Assembly (NCBI GenBank): GCA_007132365.1
Contig: SLOS01000374.1
Span: 1 to 34,480, forward strand
Direction: 5' to 3'
Source: Bacteroidales bacterium
GTDB taxonomy: Bacteria; Bacteroidota; Bacteroidia; Bacteroidales; PUMT01
Length of the DNA stretch: 34,480 nt
The translations under genes and the position numbers were made by a program. The notes under the pieces are model-generated. The model was not told where the DNA came from and ran no database searches. It saw only the letters and a list, made by a program, of their open reading frames with translations. Of the stretch, positions 20,184-27,861 are shown in pieces (within the stretch, counting starts at the first letter, position 1; every line of letters starts with the position of its first letter).

Positions 20184-20384
20184 TTAGGTTTCTAAAACCG
20201 CACACAAAAGTAAAAAAAAACGTCGAATACTCAAAATAACCTGCCGCTGTTTCAGGGACTGATTGTTAATTGCAGAAGAAATGTATGAGATATATTTGAC
20301 AGAATATTGATTACATAAACATGCAATGCAAGTACTGAAAAATTTCCGTACAGATTGATTGGGCAGGATTATAAAAGAATGGCG

Positions 20385-20510
20385 TTAACTTTGCCGGTCA
20401 TGTTGCTCACTTTCATGTTGCCCGTAAGCCGGACATTTTTGAACTGAGCACGAACTCAAGACACTTGCTGCAAAAAAGGCAACCGCCAGTATGAAAAAGA
20501 TTTTCTTCAT
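20385..20510 (-). CDS. candidate 41-aa lipoprotein (below the ORF-track size cutoff)
   Basis: My own translation of the minus strand gives MKKIFFILAVAFFAASVLSSC|SVQKCPAYGQHESEQHDRQS*. It has a textbook signal peptide and an LSSC lipobox. It lies in an otherwise unexplained 500-bp gap. Confidence 0.42.
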   Translation of the reverse strand: MKKIFFILAVAFFAASVLSSCSVQKCPAYGQHESEQHDRQS

Positions 20511-20661
20511 TTTTTTATCAAAATTTTGACTTTTTTTACAGGATAAATATAAATGATTTATTTTTAAAATAAAATACCACGGTAAAACCGCTAAAAAAAT
20601 ATTGCAGGTTTTTCTCAGGTTATCTGCAAAAAAATCATTTTTATTAATTAAAATCTAACTG

Positions 20662-23600
20662 ATGAATCGTTTCTTTTGCCTTTTTTTTACAGTTAATTTT
20701 ATCGCCATTTCATATGGTTCCGGACAGACTGCCCCTGTAGCGGGACTCAGGGACAACACTCCCTCAGTGTATGCCTTTACCAATGCGAGAATAGTTGTGT
20801 CTGCGGGTAATGTCATTGAAAACGGGACACTGGTAATCCGCAACGGAATGATTGAATCTGCAGGATCCCGGGTCGAACCCCCTGCTGATGCCTGGCTGAC
20901 TGATATGGCAGGTAAATATATATATCCCGGGTTTATCGATTTGTGGGCTGAAATTGGGTTATCAGATCCGGATGAGGCCGGCCGCAGGGAATTAAGGTCG
21001 ATGAATATACCACCGGAATATGCAGAGCTTGCTGCGCAGCTGTTTACATTCGGCGCAGATGAACCGGTCCCTGAAGGCGCCTTGCACTGGAACCCCCAGG
21101 TGCGCAGCTGGTTTGATGTTTCATCTTTTTACAGGCATGATGAAGAAAAAGTTAAAAAAATGCGTTCAGCCGGATTCGTACTGGCAAACGCAGTACCTCC
21201 TGCAGGAATCTTCAGGGGCAGGACAGCTGTTGTCTCCCTTGGTGACGGAAACAATAACAAACTCCTGGTTAAGCCAAACGTTACCCAGGCTGTGAGTTTT
21301 ACAAGGTCCGGGGGCCTGGGTGGCAGATATCCCACATCCCTTATGGGAGTAATTTCCCTGATAAGGCAGACCTTTTATGACGCGGACTGGTACGGGGTTG
21401 CGCGGTCTGCCTATTTGAATGATCCTGTTGGGCGTGAGAGGCCTGAACTTAACCTTGCGCTTGAGGCATTGCTTGATGCATCAGGTGGCCGTCAACCCGT
21501 ATTATTTGATGCCGGCGATGAAATAGCGTTGATGAGGGCTACAGATATTGCTTCAGAGTTTGGACTGGACCTGTGGATCAGGGGGAGCGGGCATGAATAT
21601 CGCAGACTGGATTTTGTAAGGGATGCCGGTATACCCCTTGTGTTGCCACTGAACTTTCCCGTTGTGCCCGATCTGGAAACACCCGAAAGTGCAATGGATG
21701 TTTCGCTTGAAGAACTGAGACACTGGGATTTTGCTCCTGAAAATCCGGGCAGGCTGCATGATGCAGGTGTCAGGCTTGCACTTACCGCATCCGGCCCGGG
21801 AGACGGGGCCTCTTTTCTGGACAACCTCCGAATTGCTGTGGAGCGGGGTTTTGAGGAGGATGCTGCCCTTAATGCACTTACAATTAATCCTGCCGAAATG
21901 CTCGGCATGGAAAAACAATACGGATCAATTGAAAAAGGTAAAATTGCCAGTTTTATAGTTACAGACGGGCCCGTTTTTAATCCGTCAACCAGGATAGAAG
22001 AGGTGTGGGTTGACGGAGTGCAGTTTGAAATCAGCAAGCCACCGGATCCTGATGTGAGAGGCAGATGGGGCATCGAATCTGCCGGTATCGGAGAAGGTAA
22101 TCTGGAGATTGGGGGGACTGAAACGCGGTTAACCGGATCAATAGAAAAGGATGAAAAGAGTGTTAACCTGCAATCCGTAAAATTTGACAGACACAGGTTA
22201 AGTATAGTCTTTCGTGGTGATTCTGTTGGTATTGAAGGGATTATTCGTTTATCAGGAACAGTTTCAAAATCTGAATTATCCGGCATCGGGGAATTACCGG
22301 ATGGACGTTTCATACACTGGAAGGCTAAACGAATATCTGATCATCAGGATAAAAAAGAGAATGATGAACGTGAACGCTCCCGGATGTCTGAAGGGATAAT
22401 GCTTTATCCTTCAATGGAGTATGGTTTTGAGGCCATACCTGAAATGCCGGACCATGTGATTGTCAGGAATGCCACAATATGGACCCAGGGACCAGTTGGC
22501 AGGATTGAGCAAGCAGATTTGCTTGTTAGCAGGGGGAAGATTGTTAAGGTTGGCAATGGTATTGATGCTCCTGCGGGAGCCATTATTATTGATGGTACCG
22601 GCAAGCATGTAACCCCGGGACTTGTTGATCCTCATCTTCACAGCAGTATAAGGGGAGGAGTTAATGAGGCTGGAAACAATATTACCCCGGAGACAAGGAT
22701 AAAGGATGTAATTGAACCGGACAATATCTGGGTATACCGCCTTCTGGCAGGTGGAATGACAACTGCAAACCTTTTGCATGGCTCAGCCAATCCGGTTGGG
22801 GGACAGGATGCTGTGATAAAGATGAGGTGGGGGGCATTACCTGAGGAGATGATCCTGCAGGGAGCCAGGCCCGGCCTGAAACTTGCACTCGGAGAAAATG
22901 TGGTTCGCAACAGTAACCAGTATCCCAACACAAGGATGGGTGCAGAACAGATCATAAGGGATGCTTTTCAGGCAGCAAGGGATTATATGGAAGAATGGAG
23001 TAAATGGGAAAGCAGCAATACAGGTGTTCCTCCGAGGAAAGATCTTCAGCTTGAGGCTATGGCTGAAGTACTGAGGGGTGAAAGAATAATCCATGCCCAT
23101 GCCTATCGCCAGGATGAGATGCAGATGCTTATCCGGCTTGCAGAGAACATGGGCTTTAAGATAGCTTCATTTGAGCATACAGTTGAGGGTTATAAAATTG
23201 CAGATATCCTGAGGGACCATGGCGCTGCCGCAATTATCTGGACCGACTGGAGCTCATTCAAGGTTGAAGCGGCCGACGGGATCCTTTACAACGCTAGGAT
23301 TTTGCTTGAACAGGGAGTCCTTACCTCTCTGCATTCAGACAACACACAGCTGTCAACCCGTATGAACTGGGAGGCAGGAAAAATGGTGGCAACAGGGATA
23401 GATGAGATTGCAGCAATGGATCTTATCACGATTAATCCAGCGAGGATACTTGGTGCCGACAAACTTATAGGTTCACTTGAACCAGGGAAGCATGCTGATT
23501 TCGTTATCTGGAGCGGACACCCCTTGTCTGGCTTTACTCATGCCGAACAGACATGGGTTGACGGCAGGAAGTATTTCGACAGGGATGAGGATCTGCGCCG

Positions 23601-23739
23601 CCGGAATGAGGTTATAGAAGAACGTGCGGTGCTGATACAGAAGGCTGTTGCCAAAACTGCCGCATCAGGCCGGGCAGCTTCCTCTCGACCGCATATAGGG
23701 GCAGCCGGCCCCGGTCATTCATTGCAAACCAAATTTTAA
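20662..23739 (+). CDS. secreted two-module amidohydrolase-superfamily protein (1025 aa)
   Basis: It has a signal peptide (MNRFFCLFFTVNFIAISYG). The N-terminal module is amidohydrolase-like but reads IDLWAE where HxH is expected. The C-terminal module has an intact VDPHLH metal motif and the typical ...GSLEPGKHADFVIW tail. Confidence 0.8.
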   Translation: MNRFFCLFFTVNFIAISYGSGQTAPVAGLRDNTPSVYAFTNARIVVSAGNVIENGTLVIRNGMIESAGSRVEPPADAWLTDMAGKYIYPGFIDLWAEIGLSDPDEAGRRELRSMNIPPEYAELAAQLFTFGADEPVPEGALHWNPQVRSWFDVSSFYRHDEEKVKKMRSAGFVLANAVPPAGIFRGRTAVVSLGDGNNNKLLVKPNVTQAVSFTRSGGLGGRYPTSLMGVISLIRQTFYDADWYGVARSAYLNDPVGRERPELNLALEALLDASGGRQPVLFDAGDEIALMRATDIASEFGLDLWIRGSGHEYRRLDFVRDAGIPLVLPLNFPVVPDLETPESAMDVSLEELRHWDFAPENPGRLHDAGVRLALTASGPGDGASFLDNLRIAVERGFEEDAALNALTINPAEMLGMEKQYGSIEKGKIASFIVTDGPVFNPSTRIEEVWVDGVQFEISKPPDPDVRGRWGIESAGIGEGNLEIGGTETRLTGSIEKDEKSVNLQSVKFDRHRLSIVFRGDSVGIEGIIRLSGTVSKSELSGIGELPDGRFIHWKAKRISDHQDKKENDERERSRMSEGIMLYPSMEYGFEAIPEMPDHVIVRNATIWTQGPVGRIEQADLLVSRGKIVKVGNGIDAPAGAIIIDGTGKHVTPGLVDPHLHSSIRGGVNEAGNNITPETRIKDVIEPDNIWVYRLLAGGMTTANLLHGSANPVGGQDAVIKMRWGALPEEMILQGARPGLKLALGENVVRNSNQYPNTRMGAEQIIRDAFQAARDYMEEWSKWESSNTGVPPRKDLQLEAMAEVLRGERIIHAHAYRQDEMQMLIRLAENMGFKIASFEHTVEGYKIADILRDHGAAAIIWTDWSSFKVEAADGILYNARILLEQGVLTSLHSDNTQLSTRMNWEAGKMVATGIDEIAAMDLITINPARILGADKLIGSLEPGKHADFVIWSGHPLSGFTHAEQTWVDGRKYFDRDEDLRRRNEVIEERAVLIQKAVAKTAASGRAASSRPHIGAAGPGHSLQTKF

Positions 23740-23749
23740 ATCCGGAGTG

Positions 23750-25036
23750 ATGAGAAATAAAATAAATATACTGAAGACCCTTTTTTACCTGGCAGCTTTT
23801 GCCGGTTTAATTGATTTGCATGCACAGATGCCGGCAACTGACCAGAGTGGCCCTGTCGCGCTGAAGGGCGGTACTGTGATAACTGTAACGGGCGAGGAGA
23901 TATCTGGTGGCACAGTGGTTTTTGACAAAGGCATTATTACCGCTGTTGGTGTTGATGTTTTTATTCCTGAAGGTGCAGAGATAGTTGATGTAACAGGCAA
24001 ATATGTATACCCGGCTTTGATACATGCCCGCAGTTCACTTGGGTTATCAGAGATTGGACGGATAACTGTTACGGTTGACCTGAATGAACATGGTACAATT
24101 AATCCAAATGCCAGGGCCTGGGTTGCCTGGCATGCCGAAAGCGAGCATATTCCCCTGGCAAGGACACATGGTATCGCCGTAACTGTTGCCACTCCCACCG
24201 GGGGGATCATATCGGGTTTGTCGGCAGCTATGCTCACCGACGGGTGGCACTGGGAGGAAATGACCTACCGGGCTCCAACCGCCCTTGTCATTAACTGGCC
24301 GGATATGGCTAATGTAAGGGCACGGGATAATGCACTGAAGGAGCTGTCGGAAGCTTTTGACGCAGCAAGAAGGTATATGACTGCAAGGCAGGCTGATGGC
24401 CTGCGTGGGATACCTCCCCACAATACCGATGTTCGCTGGGAGGCAATGATACCTGTTCTTGAGGGGGATGTGCCTGTTCATGTCAACGCCAATGACCTCA
24501 CACAAATCCAGTCCGCCATCAAATGGGCAGAAGAAGAAAATGTAAGGATGGTACTCGTGGGTGGAAGAGATGCCGGGTATCTCCTGCCGGAATTAAAGGA
24601 GAAACAAATTCCTGTTATCGTAACACCTGTGATCGGAGGGCCCTCCCGTCAATGGGAGGAATATGACAGAAGCTACAGGCTGCCCTCCATGCTCCATGAG
24701 GCAGGTATTGAATATTGTATTGCCGGTGATTATGCGGCAGCAAATGCCATCAGGCTGGCACATCACCCTGCAGCTGCCGTGGCTTTTGGACTTCCTGAAA
24801 AAGAGGCACTGAAAACCATTACACTTTACCCGGCCAGAATCCTGGGGCTTGACAAGAGAATGGGTTCGTTGGAAACAGGTAAGGATGCCTCGCTGATTGT
24901 TTCAGACGGAAACATCCTGGAACTTTCTACCCGGATTGAACAGGTCTACATCATGGGGCGCAATATCCATATGTATGATAAGCACAGGCGGTTGTACGAC
25001 AGGTATATTGAAAGATACAGCCGGATGGGCCCATGA
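23750..25036 (+). CDS. secreted amidohydrolase-like protein (about 428 aa), metal motif degenerate
   Basis: It has a signal peptide (LFYLAAFAGLIDLHAQ) and a beta-sandwich start (GGTVITVTGEE...FDKGIITAVG). The HxH position reads LIHARSS. The C-terminal GSLETGKDASLIVSDGN follows the family pattern. I prefer the ATG at 23750 over the GTG at 23747. Confidence 0.78.
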   Translation: MRNKINILKTLFYLAAFAGLIDLHAQMPATDQSGPVALKGGTVITVTGEEISGGTVVFDKGIITAVGVDVFIPEGAEIVDVTGKYVYPALIHARSSLGLSEIGRITVTVDLNEHGTINPNARAWVAWHAESEHIPLARTHGIAVTVATPTGGIISGLSAAMLTDGWHWEEMTYRAPTALVINWPDMANVRARDNALKELSEAFDAARRYMTARQADGLRGIPPHNTDVRWEAMIPVLEGDVPVHVNANDLTQIQSAIKWAEEENVRMVLVGGRDAGYLLPELKEKQIPVIVTPVIGGPSRQWEEYDRSYRLPSMLHEAGIEYCIAGDYAAANAIRLAHHPAAAVAFGLPEKEALKTITLYPARILGLDKRMGSLETGKDASLIVSDGNILELSTRIEQVYIMGRNIHMYDKHRRLYDRYIERYSRMGP

Positions 25037-25121
25037 TCCCTAATCAGGTAGCAAAGGATTGAACTTTTATGCCTTTTACCGGTTTGTTTAATGTAAGTCA
25101 TCGAACTTAAATTTAATTTTT

Positions 25122-26003
25122 ATGGTACTGGATGGAAAGAACGTAGTTATTACAGGTGCTACATCAGGCATAGGCACAGAGGCAGCAATTGAAATTGCCA
25201 GAATGAATCCATGCCTGGTTTTGCCGGTAAGGAATATGGGGAAGGGTGAGCAGGTTAAGAAACAGATTATTGCTGAATCGGGTAATCCTTCTGTTTACCT
25301 GATGAAGTGCGATCTGGCATCATTTGATTCGATTCGTGATTTTGCCCGGGAGTATAAAAAGCGATTCAGCGGGTTGCATTTACTAATAAACAATGCAGGG
25401 ATCTGGGAATATAAAAGAGGCGAAACCGAAGATGGAATAGAAAGGACTTTCGGTGTTAATCACCTCGGACCTTTCCTGCTAACAAATCTGCTTCTGGATG
25501 AGATCAGGGGCGGAGCACCGGCACGGATAATAAATGTCTCCTCCGAAGCTCACCGGTACACCGTTATGAAATTCAATGATCCGGAAGGCAGGAAAAAGTT
25601 CAGCAGTTTTAAGGCATATGCACAATCAAAACTGGCAAACATATTGTTTACACGCCATCTTGCCCAAATGCTAATGGATGACGATGTTACCGTTAATTGT
25701 ATGCATCCCGGATTTGTAGCAACACATTTGTTTGATAAAATTGCTCCTTTCCTGGTTACGGTCCTTGGATTGTTCATGAAGACTCCCCGGCAGGGAGCAG
25801 AAACAATCGTTTATCTTGCCTTATCTCCCGAAATTGACGGGAATACGGGCGGATACTATGTCAATAAGAAAATCAAAAAGCCATCCAGAACTGCACTTGA
25901 CAACAAGGCTGCCAGAAAGCTCTGGGAATTGAGCTGTGATTACACAGGTGTATTTACGGCAATGCCAGATCTTTCTTATGACAGTCATAAAGTAAAACCA
26001 TAG
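25122..26003 (+). CDS. short-chain dehydrogenase/reductase (retinol-dehydrogenase-like classical SDR)
   Basis: It has TGATSGIGTEAA (TGxxxGxG), NNAG, a catalytic S...YAQSK (YxxxK), and PGFVAT. Confidence 0.9.
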   Translation: MVLDGKNVVITGATSGIGTEAAIEIARMNPCLVLPVRNMGKGEQVKKQIIAESGNPSVYLMKCDLASFDSIRDFAREYKKRFSGLHLLINNAGIWEYKRGETEDGIERTFGVNHLGPFLLTNLLLDEIRGGAPARIINVSSEAHRYTVMKFNDPEGRKKFSSFKAYAQSKLANILFTRHLAQMLMDDDVTVNCMHPGFVATHLFDKIAPFLVTVLGLFMKTPRQGAETIVYLALSPEIDGNTGGYYVNKKIKKPSRTALDNKAARKLWELSCDYTGVFTAMPDLSYDSHKVKP

Positions 26004-26064
26004 ATTATTATTTGGACTGCTGCAATCAGGTTTGTTACTTTGTCTTTATTATAATTTATTCTAT

Positions 26065-26568
26065 ATGGATAAAAAAAGAGGAGATCCACGGTTATATAAG
26101 GTTATTGATGAGCTTGGTATTTCCTGTGATTATTACGAGCACCCTCCGGTACCAACGGTCGAAGAAGCTTCAAAATACTGGAAGGATATTGAATCGGCCC
26201 ACTGCAAAAATCTTTTTTTTCGCAATCACAAGGGGAACCGCCATTACCTTGTAATATTCGAATATTCAATGTCACTCAATATCCGTGACCTGGAGCAGAG
26301 ACTTGGGCAGGGGAAGTTATCGTTTGCATCACCACAGAGAATGATGAGGTATCTCGGACTGGAGGCGGGATCGGTGTCTCCGTTCGGGCTTATAAATGAT
26401 ACGGCAAAACATGTTCACCTGTTCATTGATGAGAACCTTAAAAGATATGAAAGGATAAGCTTTCATCCAAATATCAACACTGCTTCCCTGGTTATACCTT
26501 ACTCAGGTTTTGAAAGATTTCTTCAGTGGACAGGCAACAGCTATGAGTATATCCGGCTTTATGACTGA
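26065..26568 (+). CDS. prolyl-tRNA synthetase-associated (YbaK/ProX-type) aminoacyl-tRNA editing domain protein
   Basis: The sequence ...EHPPVPTVEEA...HCKNLFFRNHKGNRHYLVI...GSVSPFGL... matches the ProX/PrdX pattern. I prefer the ATG at 26065 over the upstream TTG at 26032. Confidence 0.78.
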   Translation: MDKKRGDPRLYKVIDELGISCDYYEHPPVPTVEEASKYWKDIESAHCKNLFFRNHKGNRHYLVIFEYSMSLNIRDLEQRLGQGKLSFASPQRMMRYLGLEAGSVSPFGLINDTAKHVHLFIDENLKRYERISFHPNINTASLVIPYSGFERFLQWTGNSYEYIRLYD

Positions 26569-26676
26569 TTTTTAGATTACAGGACCGCATATCGGGCAAG
26601 TTTCCCCGAAAGGGCAGATAATGTATTAATGCTCCCTCATGGAAAAAAGGAGGACCAGATTGGTACCGGTTATTGG

Positions 26677-27861
26677 CTAAATGTATTCTGTTATTACCTC
26701 TTTCAAAAATTTTTCCTCCAGTTTCCGACCGATCCGTTTAAGTACGGTTCGCCTTATCTCCAGCTCAACGGGCAGGTTAGGATCCTGGTGGGCTATATTG
26801 ATCTTTGTGCCTATAACTATCCTTATCTCATCGCTTTCAAGGAGAAGTTTAACGATCTGATCAGCTGGTCCTTTGCCTAATGCGTAATTATGGGTGTATT
26901 CATTGAGTATTTTTGATACCTTGCTGAGCGTCAGAATGCCCTCGGTTACAAGGTCAACACCTTCCATATATGACATGGGCGGAAGATCGGGATCATGAAA
27001 TTCGAAAGTGTCTGTTATCTTCAGATCCAGTTCCCTTGCGACTATATCGCCTGTAGTGCCTCCGGACAAAATCTTTTTTCCCGGAAAATCATTTACAATG
27101 GATGCAAGTCTGGCATCATTTTCATCTTCAAACGGGGGCCCGCTGCAGAGAAGGAGTTTTCTGGGTTCCCTGAAGTAAAGGACGGCGCAGGAGGTGTCAT
27201 CCTGGGCGTTGTAATTGTCATTCCTGAAGGCTGCGTTAAGTATTCTTGACGCAAGCTTTTGCGCTGATATGTGAGGCTGCTGATCAATGATCTCCCTTAC
27301 GAAATCCTGCACATTATCCCATCCCCATCCGAAGGGATATTTTCTTGATCCCATCCCGGACTGGGTTATGCCGTCTGAACAGAATATTATCCTGTCTTCC
27401 TTGCGGGGGCGGAAGTGACAGCTTTTTATCTCTTTACCTTTGTTCTGTTCTGAACTTAAAATAAGGCAGTTCCATTCGGCCTCGAGCGGACTGCTGCCGC
27501 GCATGAGGAATGTGCCGGGGTTATCATATTCCAGTATGCTGGTTCTGGCGTTCATGTCAATATCGACGGCAGTAAATGTGGAGTAACTGATCTTGCGGAC
27601 ACTGCAGACAGGGAGGGTGTTCATTATTATTTCTGCAATGCGGGTTACATCCTTGTGCTCACGGGTAAAATTCAATGCCATTGATGCTGTAAGGGTTGCC
27701 AGGATATTGGCTTTCACACCATGCCCCATTCCGTCGGAAAGAACTGCCACAATTCTGTTCTCTTCCTTGATTCTGCGGGACAGGAATACATCGCCGCAGA
27801 TCCTCTCTTTTCCGTGGTTTTTTTGCTGATAACCAACTTCGACATAGAAACTATTCTCCAT
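26677..27861 (-). CDS. SpoIIE/PP2C-family Ser/Thr protein phosphatase with an uncharacterised C-terminal domain of about 150 aa
   Basis: The PP2C core is ERICGDVFLSRR...VAVLSDGMGHGVKANILATL...IIFCSDGITQSG...DDTSCAVLYF. The preferred start MENSFYVEVGY at 27861 overlaps the hydS-like stop by 11 nt. The ORF track's 27897 start would overlap it by 47 nt. Confidence 0.82.
   Translation of the reverse strand: MENSFYVEVGYQQKNHGKERICGDVFLSRRIKEENRIVAVLSDGMGHGVKANILATLTASMALNFTREHKDVTRIAEIIMNTLPVCSVRKISYSTFTAVDIDMNARTSILEYDNPGTFLMRGSSPLEAEWNCLILSSEQNKGKEIKSCHFRPRKEDRIIFCSDGITQSGMGSRKYPFGWGWDNVQDFVREIIDQQPHISAQKLASRILNAAFRNDNYNAQDDTSCAVLYFREPRKLLLCSGPPFEDENDARLASIVNDFPGKKILSGGTTGDIVARELDLKITDTFEFHDPDLPPMSYMEGVDLVTEGILTLSKVSKILNEYTHNYALGKGPADQIVKLLLESDEIRIVIGTKINIAHQDPNLPVELEIRRTVLKRIGRKLEEKFLKEVITEYI

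Noticed and set aside
21492-22313. A 273-aa minus-strand ORF, plus the 150-aa and 152-aa minus-strand ORFs at 23785-24237 and 24047-24505.
   Set aside because: These ORFs lie entirely antisense to amidohydrolase genes that have strong motifs. Their translations are low-complexity and rich in Ser, Pro and Arg, with no recognisable motif. This is typical of stop-poor antisense frames in relatively GC-rich coding DNA.
26012-26880. Small plus-strand ORFs at 26012-26254 and 26629-26880.
   Set aside because: The first is an out-of-frame overlap of the proX start region. The second is antisense to the PP2C 3' end. Neither has any motif.
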